From Acidimicrobiales bacterium (lineage in GTDB: Bacteria > Actinomycetota > Acidimicrobiia > Acidimicrobiales > GCA-2861595), in NCBI GenBank assembly GCA_035525365.1, contig DATLEK010000067.1, positions 14,750-38,749 of the forward strand: a DNA stretch of 24,000 nucleotides, in the 5' to 3' direction. Below, piece after piece: positions 1-6,772 of the stretch. Both the position numbers and the translations under genes were made by a program. Position 1 is the stretch's first letter. Every line of letters starts with the position of its first letter. The notes under the pieces are model-generated. The model did no database searches and had not been told where the DNA came from. It saw only the letters and a list, made by a program, of their open reading frames with translations.

Positions 1-1446
1 CCCATTGGCTTTCCCTGCCCCTGTGCGGACGGTGAGATCGCCAAGTTCCATGGCCCGCACGGCCCCGGTCAGCCGGCGCAGCCGGGAGCCGATGCTGTTG
101 CCCACCACGGCGGCGAATATCAAGGCCAGGAAGGTTCCGCCAAGAGCGATGAGGAAAAGGTTCCGGAACACCGAGTCCCGCGTCTCGTTCACCAGGGTCG
201 TCGGAGTGGAAGCCACGATGGCCACCACGGGCCGCCCGTCGGCGGCCAGCACCGGGGCTACGGCCACGAACCGCCCGCCCACGACGGCGGAGCGGCGCCG
301 GCCGTCGTCGAGGCTGTCGGTGACCAGGGACCGAATGGGAGCAAGCGGCGGCTGCGGCCCCTGGCGGTCGATCACCGAGCCGCGGCGGGCCAGAGCCAGC
401 GACAGATCCGGGTCGTCGGCGGCGGCGACGGCCAGCGAAGTGGAGTCGAGCTTCGACACGGCCACCGCCACTCCGAGCAGGGTGCGGTCCCTGTCGTCGT
501 CCTTCACCGGCTGTGCCCCGATGACCAGCACCTGGCCACCGAGCACGGTGATGGAGCCCCGAGGAGCGCCTCGACGGATGGCCTGGCGCACCACCTCGGA
601 ACGGGCCAGTCCCAGCACGGTGGCGGTGTCGAGGGCGGCGGCGCCGGGGGCCACACCCTGCACCGTCTCGGAGCGGGTCACGTACACGAGCCCCACGTTG
701 CCGAGGAAGTTGGCCGACAGGACCGACAAGGGCTCCGACAGCGTCGCCGACGGAGCTGCAACACCCGCTACCCGTCGAAGCTCACTCAGGCGCTGGCCCT
801 TGAGGGACGCGGCCACCAGGGTGGCATCCTCGATACGGGGTGTGAAGCTGTTGCTGGCGGAGGTGGCCTCGTTCACCACCCTCCGCTCCAGGCGGTCGGT
901 GGCACCGTCCTCCACCGTCGACACGAGCACGGCCGACAGCGCCACCCCCAGCACCACCACCACTATGAGCAGCGTGACGGCGGCGCTGGCGGCCACCTGC
1001 GCGGCGATCGAGCGACGGCTGGCGGCCAGAACCGAACCCCCGAGCACCAGCCCGGCTACGGCGAGGAGCCCACTGGCCGCGTCGTGGGCGCCGGCCAGAT
1101 CGACACCAGTGGCGACGGCTACAAAAGCCAGCCCCACCCGCAGCAACAGCACCGGTACCGGTCCGGCGGCCCACGCGAGGGACCCCGCGGCGGCGATGAC
1201 CACGCCGGCTGCGCGCAGCGCCACGATGGCCAAGGCATCGGGCTCACCGACGAGCTGTGAGCCGTGGAGGAACGAGGCGGCGGCGACGAGCAGGAGGCCG
1301 GAGAAAAGCGCCAGCCGGCCTCCCCGGCCGGCGGGGCCGTGGCGCACCACCGTGGCGGCCAGCGAGACAGCGGCCACGCCGGAGGCGGCCGCCACGAACA
1401 GGACGAATTCTGCTGCGAACTGGAGCTGAGCGGCCGAGGCGGACAT
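1..1446 (-). CDS. Multi-pass membrane sensor protein, N-terminal 482 aa (about 6 TM helices, extracytoplasmic domain, further TM, HAMP-like linker). The output domain lies beyond the left edge.
   Basis: Absent from the ORF track because it runs off the edge. I checked every plus-strand frame-1 triplet from 1 to 1446 for TTA/CTA/TCA and found none, so the minus frame is open. ATG at 1446-1444 is the first start after the in-frame stop at 1524-1522. Translation starts MSASAAQLQFAAEFVLFVAAASGVAAVSLAA, has several hydrophobic segments, and ends LFLIALGGTFLALIFAAVVGNSIGSRLRRLTGAVRAMELGDLTVR (TM plus HAMP-like). Third codon positions are G/C-rich. Track ORF 5..1429 (+) is its antisense shadow. Confidence 0.65.
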   Translation of the reverse strand, partial: MSASAAQLQFAAEFVLFVAAASGVAAVSLAATVVRHGPAGRGGRLALFSGLLLVAAASFLHGSQLVGEPDALAIVALRAAGVVIAAAGSLAWAAGPVPVLLLRVGLAFVAVATGVDLAGAHDAASGLLAVAGLVLGGSVLAASRRSIAAQVAASAAVTLLIVVVVLGVALSAVLVSTVEDGATDRLERRVVNEATSASNSFTPRIEDATLVAASLKGQRLSELRRVAGVAAPSATLSEPLSVLSANFLGNVGLVYVTRSETVQGVAPGAAALDTATVLGLARSEVVRQAIRRGAPRGSITVLGGQVLVIGAQPVKDDDRDRTLLGVAVAVSKLDSTSLAVAAADDPDLSLALARRGSVIDRQGPQPPLAPIRSLVTDSLDDGRRRSAVVGGRFVAVAPVLAADGRPVVAIVASTPTTLVNETRDSVFRNLFLIALGGTFLALIFAAVVGNSIGSRLRRLTGAVRAMELGDLTVRTGAGKANG

Positions 1447-1543
1447 CGCGCTACCCGGCGCCCCGGGGGCAGGTGGGGGGCCTCGGCACCGCGGTGGGCC
1501 GCCCCATGGGTCGAACTCTAGTCACGCGACAGGGCCGGAACCG

Positions 1544-2665
1544 CTAACCCGGCCCACCGGTGACGGCGCGACCGCCGGAGGTACCGAGGGCGGTGACGTC
1601 ACCGCCGAGATGTCCAAGTGCGGCCAGCGCTTCGTCGAGATTGGCCACGCTGACTATCTTCAACCGGCGGCCGGCGTGAGCCTTGGCGTCACGGAACTCC
1701 TTGGGAGGGACCAGGAAGTAGTCAGCGCCGGCGGCCCGCACGGCAGCCGTCTTCTGGGCCACTCCGCCCACGTCGCCAACGGTCCCGTCGATCTCGATGG
1801 TGCCCGTCACCGCCACCTTCTTCCCGCCCGTCAGCTCCCCCGCGGTCAGGGTGTCGAGCACCCCGAGGGTGAAGGCCAGGCCGGCCGAAGGCCCACCGAT
1901 GGCGCCCGAATCGATGGTGACGTCGAACGGGTAGTCGAAGCGGCGTTCCTTGGTGCGCAGAACCACCCCGAGAAAGCCGACCCTGGTCCCCGGTCGGGAT
2001 CCGAGCACGATCTCCTCCACCCGGCCGGCGCCACTGGCACTCTGGATATCGAGCCGCACCAGATCGCCCGGCCGCTTCCCCCGGATCGCCTCCAGGGCCT
2101 GCTCGGCCAAGCGGATGGGCTGCCCGTCCACTCCGGTGATGACCTCTCCCTGGGAGAGACGGTCCCCTGCCGGCGAGATCTTCTCCACGACTTCGATCAG
2201 GGCGCCCTTGCCCTCCTCGGCCACGGAGAACCCGAGCCGACGCAGAGCCACGACGGCGGCCGTCTGCTTGGAATCGTCCATGGCCCGCAGGTTCAGCTGG
2301 TTGAACTGGCGGCGGCGGGCGGGCCCGAGGATCCGCTTCTCGGGCACCACGTCGGTATCCGGATCGAACCAGCCTCGGACCGCCTCGAGCGGTGTCACCC
2401 GCGACAGGGCGACGGTGGCGAGCAGGAACTTGCCCCGGGGCGGGAACGAGCGGTCCTCGGGAACGTCGATGAGGTCGTTGACCTGGCGGGCCGAGCCCGG
2501 AGCGATGGCGTAATAGGGAAGGGTAAAGGTGATGGCGGCGAGCAGGGCGAGAAGCAGGGCCAGGATCGGAAGGGCCCAGAGAAGGAACCGCCGGCGGGGC
2601 GGCGGCGTCGGCAAAGGCTCCCAGGCCAGAGGGCCCCGCACTACCATCGATTCGATCGTGTTCAT
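1544..2665 (-). CDS. Membrane-anchored PDZ domain / Lon-like S16 serine protease (YlbL/SdrC-type)
   Basis: Track ORF 1544..2947 trimmed to ATG 2665 (MNTIESMVV); the upstream 94 codons are an Arg/Gly-rich extension. N-terminal TM is FLLWALPILALLLALLAAITF. PDZ-like segment is GALIEVVEKISPAGDRLSQGEVITGVDGQPI. The Lon C-terminal catalytic region has Ser in GGPSAGLAFTLG and Lys in GGVAQKTAA. Confidence 0.9.
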   Translation of the reverse strand: MNTIESMVVRGPLAWEPLPTPPPRRRFLLWALPILALLLALLAAITFTLPYYAIAPGSARQVNDLIDVPEDRSFPPRGKFLLATVALSRVTPLEAVRGWFDPDTDVVPEKRILGPARRRQFNQLNLRAMDDSKQTAAVVALRRLGFSVAEEGKGALIEVVEKISPAGDRLSQGEVITGVDGQPIRLAEQALEAIRGKRPGDLVRLDIQSASGAGRVEEIVLGSRPGTRVGFLGVVLRTKERRFDYPFDVTIDSGAIGGPSAGLAFTLGVLDTLTAGELTGGKKVAVTGTIEIDGTVGDVGGVAQKTAAVRAAGADYFLVPPKEFRDAKAHAGRRLKIVSVANLDEALAALGHLGGDVTALGTSGGRAVTGGPG

Positions 2666-2740
2666 GTCGCTGAGCAGCCTCTTTTCGGCACAGCCTGCCA
2701 CGGGGCCGGGCACTACCGGGCGCGGGTGGCCCGTGGCTCG

Positions 2741-3469
2741 GTGACATACCCCCCAGCCGAGGAGCCTGAAAGGCCGGCGCCACTGTCGGAGAAGCCGGTG
2801 CTCGAGTGGACGACGGAGGACTGGTCGCGCTGGATCGAGGATCCGGCATTGCTGAAGCCGGCCGCCCCGGAGGCCGAGCCTGCACCTGAGCCTGAGCCCG
2901 AACCCGAAAAGGCCGCGTCGCCGGCACCGCCGGCCGATGCCGGGCAAGTGAGGATCGAGGGCGATCCCACCGCGGCGTGGTCACTGCCGCTCGGCGGCGA
3001 CGAGGACGACGAGGACGACGAGGACGACGAGGATGCCAAGTGGTGGTCCTCGGTCGCTGGGATCCCGAAGACCCCCCGCACCCCGGAACCGCCACCACCA
3101 CCGCCGCCTCCACCACCGCCTCCACCGTTACCGGCGCCACCACCGCCGCCGCCGCCGCCGATCCCGGCGATCAGCGCACCGCCGGCTCCGGGCCCCCCGG
3201 TCACCGAGCCGAGCGCGGGCACTGTCGAGGCTCCTCGCCTGCCTCAGCGCCCGCCCCCCGTACGGGAGGCGCCAGCAAAAGCGCCGGCGCCGTCGAGGTC
3301 AGGGCACACCCGCCGAGCCGCGTTGGAGCCTGTCGACGAGATGTCGGTACGGATCAGGGCGGGTCTGAGCCTGCTCGGAGTCTCCGTCCTCGTCGGGGCC
3401 GTCACCGCGGGATTGATCACCGTGGCCATCTTCATGGCTTCGGTGGTGTTGCGGCGGGCGCTGGGCTGA
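2741..3469 (+). CDS. Tail-anchored low-complexity protein: Trp-rich acidic N-terminus, (DED)4 run, 13+8 polyproline tracts, single C-terminal TM helix
   Basis: This is the C-terminal third of track ORF 1610..3469; the upstream part is antisense to the Lon-PDZ gene. Candidate starts are GTG 2741, or GTG 2798 preceded by GGAGAA. Codon position 3 is G/C-rich throughout. Sequence features: WTTEDWSRWIEDP, DEDDEDDEDDED, P13-L-P-A-P8, and terminal AGLSLLGVSVLVGAVTAGLITVAIFMASVVLRRALG. No N-terminal signal peptide. No family recognised. Confidence 0.55.
   Translation: MTYPPAEEPERPAPLSEKPVLEWTTEDWSRWIEDPALLKPAAPEAEPAPEPEPEPEKAASPAPPADAGQVRIEGDPTAAWSLPLGGDEDDEDDEDDEDAKWWSSVAGIPKTPRTPEPPPPPPPPPPPPPLPAPPPPPPPPIPAISAPPAPGPPVTEPSAGTVEAPRLPQRPPPVREAPAKAPAPSRSGHTRRAALEPVDEMSVRIRAGLSLLGVSVLVGAVTAGLITVAIFMASVVLRRALG
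2999..3034 (+). repeat. 9-bp tandem repeat (GACGAGGAC x4) encoding DEDDEDDEDDED
   Basis: Read directly: gac gag gac gac gag gac gac gag gac gac gag gat, in the frame of CDS 2741..3469. Confidence 0.9.
3089..3160 (+). repeat. CCN-rich tract encoding 13 consecutive Pro, then L-P-A, then 8 consecutive Pro
   Basis: Codons counted by hand: 13 CCN (3089-3127), tta ccg gcg, 8 CCN (3137-3160). The mirrored GGN run produces the spurious Gly-rich minus ORF 2713..3222. Confidence 0.9.
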
Positions 3470-3497
3470 TACTCCGGCCCACCGTTACGGGGTCCCT

Positions 3498-3914
3498 TCA
3501 GGAGCGGTTGAACCGCCCGAAACGTGCACCGGCGGCGGGGCCGCCGTTGGCGGACTCCATGGGCTCGATCACCACCGGCTCGTCCGCCGGGACCGTCACC
3601 TTGTCCCGCTGCGGGCTGGATCCGTAGGCGGTCGAAGTCGGCACCGCCGAAGGCGATGTCACGGTAGTAGGAGCCGGAGGTGCCGCCGAGGGCGTGGGAG
3701 CCTTGGCCGGCTGGGCCGGCTGGGCCGTGGAAACCTCGACCTTGTAGTACGTCCTCACGGCGATCGGGATCTCCTCCATGCGGAAGATCCGGGCCTCCGG
3801 CACCTGCTCCTGGTTGCGAAGGTGCTCCACGAAACCGATCGCCTCGTCCAGCGACTCGGTGTGGTGGTAGCCAGGCTTACCCTCGGCGCTTCTAAACATC
3901 ACCATGTGTGTCAT
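3498..3914 (-). CDS. Hypothetical protein, 138 aa: compact N-terminal domain followed by a Pro/Ala/Thr-rich tail
   Basis: Track ORF 3498..3974 trimmed to ATG 3914, which is preceded by AAGGAGAG (minus-strand reading ggaaaaggagagaccgATG). N-terminus is MTHMVMFRSAEGKPGYHHTESLDEAIGFVEHLRNQEQVPEARIFRMEEIPIAVRTYYKVEV. It lies directly downstream of the sortase gene on the same strand. Family not recognised. Confidence 0.7.
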   Translation of the reverse strand: MTHMVMFRSAEGKPGYHHTESLDEAIGFVEHLRNQEQVPEARIFRMEEIPIAVRTYYKVEVSTAQPAQPAKAPTPSAAPPAPTTVTSPSAVPTSTAYGSSPQRDKVTVPADEPVVIEPMESANGGPAAGARFGRFNRS

Positions 3915-3991
3915 CGGTCTCTCCTTTTCCCACGTGTCGTGTCGGCCAGTCGACCGCTGCCCTTGAGCAGCCACCGCGAAAGAAATCCGGG

Positions 3992-4732
3992 TCAGAACCC
4001 CGACCCGGACGAGGAGGGCTCACTCGGCAGCGTCGCCGGCGAGTCGCTCGGCGGAGGCTGGGTGGGGGGCGGCTCGTTCGCAGCTGCCGGCGTAGCCTGT
4101 TGCCGGTTCTCCTGGACCAGTTCGAGGAGTACGACGTAGCGGAACTTGGCAGATCCCGGGGGGTGGCAGGCGAAGAGCGTGGCCGTGGCCGTCGGCGTCT
4201 GGTGCACGATGTCGAGAGCCTTCGGCGTCACGATCTTGGAGCTCGTCATCCGGTACACCGAACGCTTTCCGGCGATGTTGAAGATGACCTCGTCCCCGGC
4301 CACGAGCTGGTCGATGTTGCGGAAAGGCTTGCTGTGGGTGACCCGGTGGCCGGCGAACACGGCGTTGCCCGTCTGGCCGGGCATGGCTGTTCCGGGCCAG
4401 TGGCTGGGGCCGTGGTCGATGGTACGCAGAGTGATGCCTTCGTAGATGGTGTGCCTGAGGCCGATCTTCGGGATCAACATGTCACCGATCTGCTGAAGCT
4501 TCTCGGGGGCGTAGGGGTTGCTGGGTACCCGGACGGGCTTGTTCGCCCGCACAGCCGCCGCAGGAGCCACGGTGGTCGCCGGCGCGATGGTGGTCGTCGT
4601 GGTCGTGGTCGTCGGTTTGGCCACGCCGGCCACTACATCGCCGGCCTCGGCGTTGCGCAGGACTGTGGCGCCCCCAACCGAAATGAGGAGGCCCAGGAGG
4701 AGGACGGCCACCAGCCGCCGGGGATCTCTCAT
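3992..4732 (-). CDS. Sortase, class E-like, membrane anchored
   Basis: Track ORF 3992..4984 trimmed to ATG 4732 (MRDPRRLVAVLLLGLLISVGG is the TM anchor). A poly-Thr linker follows. Catalytic His is in NAVFAGHRVTH, Cys in ATLFACHPPGS (TLxTC-type motif with Ala in place of the second Thr), and Arg in AKFRYVV. The C-terminal tail is Pro-rich. Confidence 0.87.
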   Translation of the reverse strand: MRDPRRLVAVLLLGLLISVGGATVLRNAEAGDVVAGVAKPTTTTTTTTIAPATTVAPAAAVRANKPVRVPSNPYAPEKLQQIGDMLIPKIGLRHTIYEGITLRTIDHGPSHWPGTAMPGQTGNAVFAGHRVTHSKPFRNIDQLVAGDEVIFNIAGKRSVYRMTSSKIVTPKALDIVHQTPTATATLFACHPPGSAKFRYVVLLELVQENRQQATPAAANEPPPTQPPPSDSPATLPSEPSSSGSGF

Positions 4733-4796
4733 AGGAACAGTGTGCCCCAGAAGTCGGCCTTCTGTTCCCCACCCTTGAGCCCGGTGGTCCAAACTC

Positions 4797-5480
4797 TTGC
4801 TCGTGGCGCAGCACTCCGGGACAGCCGGGCCCGAACCCGGCACGGCGGACTGGCGGCAGCGCCAGGCCGCGGCGCTGGCCGGCCACCGGGGTGACGAGGC
4901 CGGCGCCCGCAGCTTCCTCGAAGACCCCTCGCCCAAGGTCCGGGCCAGCGCTCTCGGAGCCCTGGCCCGGCTCGGCGCCCTCACCTCGGCCGATGTCGCC
5001 GCCGCCCTGGCCGACCTGGACCCGGCGCTCAGACGGCGCGCCTGCGAGCTGGCCGTGGGCCATGACGTCGACCTTGTGCCTTTTCTGGGTGACGACGACG
5101 CCTCGGTGGCAGAGACGGCGGCCTGGGCCCTGGGTGAGCGGGGCGGCGCCGGCGAGGATGAGGAGGGTCTTCACCCATCGGCGCCGGCGCGTGTCGTGGA
5201 GGCTCTGGCCGCCATGGCGGGCGGCCATGAGGACGCCCTGTGCCGTGAGGCGGCGGTGGCCGCTCTGGGCGCGGTGGGCGACGAACGGGGCCTTCCGGCC
5301 ATCCTGGCCGCGACCACCGACAAGCCCACGATCCGCCGCCGGGCCGTGATCGCCCTGGCTCCGTTCGACGGCCCCGAGGTCAAAGAAGCCCTGGAAAGGG
5401 CCCGAGCTGACCGTGACTGGCAGGTCCGCCAGGCGGCGGAGGATCTCCTGGCCGGCGACAGCACCGACAACGGCTCCTAG
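4797..5480 (+). CDS. HEAT-repeat (PBS-lyase HEAT-like) protein
   Basis: Repeated helical units of the type DPSPKVRASALGALARLG, DASVAETAAWALGERG, ALCREAAVAALGAVGDERGLPAIL, PTIRRRAVIALAP and DWQVRQAAEDLL. Start is TTG 4797 or GTG 4803. The stop TAG shares one nucleotide with the bioA GTG start (TAGTG at 5478-5482). Confidence 0.75.
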   Translation: MLVAQHSGTAGPEPGTADWRQRQAAALAGHRGDEAGARSFLEDPSPKVRASALGALARLGALTSADVAAALADLDPALRRRACELAVGHDVDLVPFLGDDDASVAETAAWALGERGGAGEDEEGLHPSAPARVVEALAAMAGGHEDALCREAAVAALGAVGDERGLPAILAATTDKPTIRRRAVIALAPFDGPEVKEALERARADRDWQVRQAAEDLLAGDSTDNGS

Positions 5481-6772
5481 TGGGCACCTGGGCGGAACGC
5501 GACGCGGCGGTGGTGTGGCACGGCTTCACCCAGATGGGCACGTACCTGGAGAACGACCCGGTGCTGGTGGAGCGGGCGGAGGGCCATGAGCTGATCGACG
5601 TCGACGGCCGGCGTTATCTCGACGCCATTTCCTCTCTCTGGGTCACGACCCTCGGCCACCGTGTCCCGGAACTGGACGAAGCTCTTCGCTCGCAGCTCGA
5701 CAAGGTCGCCCACTCCACCCTGCTCGGCCACGGTAACCGGGTGGTGGTGGAGCTGGCCGAGGCGCTGGCCGAGGTGGTGCCGGTGGAGCGGCCGCACGTG
5801 CTGTTTGCATCCGATGGCGCATCGGCGGTGGAGCAGGCCCTCAAGATCGCCTTCCAGTTCTGGGCCAACAATGGCCTCAGCGGACGCACCTCCTACCTGG
5901 CCCTGGGAGGCGCCTACCACGGCGACACGATCGGCTCGCTCTCCGTGGGCGACGGTGACGCCGCCGGCTTCGGGCACGGAATGTTCGACGAGCTGCGCTT
6001 CCCCGTCCTCCGCGCTCCCGGCTACGGCGAGGAGGGCGCGCTGAAGGTGGCCGCGGCCATGGTCGCCGAGCGCGCCGCCGGTCTGGCCGCAGTCGTGATC
6101 GAGCCGCTGGTGCAGGGCGCGGCAGGGATGCAGATGGCCGCACCGGAGGACTTTGCCGTGCTGGTGGGCGCGTGCCGCCAGCACGACGTCCTGCTCATCT
6201 GCGACGAGGTCGCGACCGGTTTCGGTCGCACCGGAACCCTCTTCGCCTCCGAGCAGTGTGGCCTGGTCCCCGACCTGCTCTGCCTGGGCAAGGGGCTCAC
6301 CGGCGGCTACCTGCCCATGTCGGCCACGGTGGCGTCGGGCAGGGTCTTCGGCGCCTTTCTCGGCGCCGACCTCGGTCCCCGCACGCTTTTCCACGGCCAC
6401 TCCTACGGCGGCAACGCCCTGGCCGCCGCTGTCGCCCTGCGCCACCTGGAACTGCTTGCCGACGGGAAGGTGTTGGCCAATGTCGCCGCTCGCTCGGCGC
6501 AGCTCTCGGACCTTTTGGCCGCTGGGCTCACAACCGAGCCGGCCGTCGCCGACATCCGGGTCCGGGGCCTGATGGCAGGTGTGGAGCTGGCGCCACCGGA
6601 GCCGGGGCTGCGGTGGGGCCGGCGGGTCTGCGCGGCGGCGGTGGCGAGGGGCGTGCTGCTGCGTCCTCTCGGCGACGTCGTCGTCATAATGCCGCCGCTC
6701 ACCATCACGGCCGACGAGATCGTGCGGATCGTCGGCGTGCTCCACGACGCCATCGCCGAGGTGACAACTTGA
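5480..6772 (+). CDS. bioA: Adenosylmethionine-8-amino-7-oxononanoate aminotransferase
   Basis: Class III PLP aminotransferase with BioA-type motifs: VVWHGFTQM, YLDAISSLWVTTLGH, ICDEVATGFGRTG, LCLGKGLTGGYLPMSAT. Followed by bioF/bioD. Confidence 0.93.
   Translation: MGTWAERDAAVVWHGFTQMGTYLENDPVLVERAEGHELIDVDGRRYLDAISSLWVTTLGHRVPELDEALRSQLDKVAHSTLLGHGNRVVVELAEALAEVVPVERPHVLFASDGASAVEQALKIAFQFWANNGLSGRTSYLALGGAYHGDTIGSLSVGDGDAAGFGHGMFDELRFPVLRAPGYGEEGALKVAAAMVAERAAGLAAVVIEPLVQGAAGMQMAAPEDFAVLVGACRQHDVLLICDEVATGFGRTGTLFASEQCGLVPDLLCLGKGLTGGYLPMSATVASGRVFGAFLGADLGPRTLFHGHSYGGNALAAAVALRHLELLADGKVLANVAARSAQLSDLLAAGLTTEPAVADIRVRGLMAGVELAPPEPGLRWGRRVCAAAVARGVLLRPLGDVVVIMPPLTITADEIVRIVGVLHDAIAEVTT

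Noticed and set aside
5-1429. 474-aa plus-strand ORF at the left edge (Ala/Arg/Ser/Thr/Pro-rich)
   Set aside because: It is the antisense shadow of the better-supported minus-strand sensor gene 1..1446. It has low-complexity composition, no recognisable motifs, and codon-position GC that favours the minus frame.
1610-2740. N-terminal two-thirds of the 619-aa plus ORF 1610..3469, and the parallel ORFs 1722..3143 (-) and 1950..2513 (+)
   Set aside because: They overlap the well-supported PDZ-Lon gene on the opposite strand or in another frame. Only the portion after about 2741 has independent coding features.
2713-3222. Gly/Ser-rich 169-aa minus ORF
   Set aside because: It is the mirror image of the polyproline (CCN to GGN) and acidic repeat tracts of the plus-strand gene. 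It has no start context or TM/domain features.
2741-3469. The idea that the Pro-rich protein is the substrate of the neighbouring sortase
   Set aside because: It has no N-terminal signal peptide and no LPxTG/LAxTG motif before the C-terminal helix, so a tail-anchored cytoplasmic topology fits better.
6172-6768. Upstream extension of the bioF ORF back to 6172
   Set aside because: This stretch lies out of frame inside bioA and translates to Arg/Pro-rich nonsense. TTG 6769, overlapping the bioA stop, is the sensible start.
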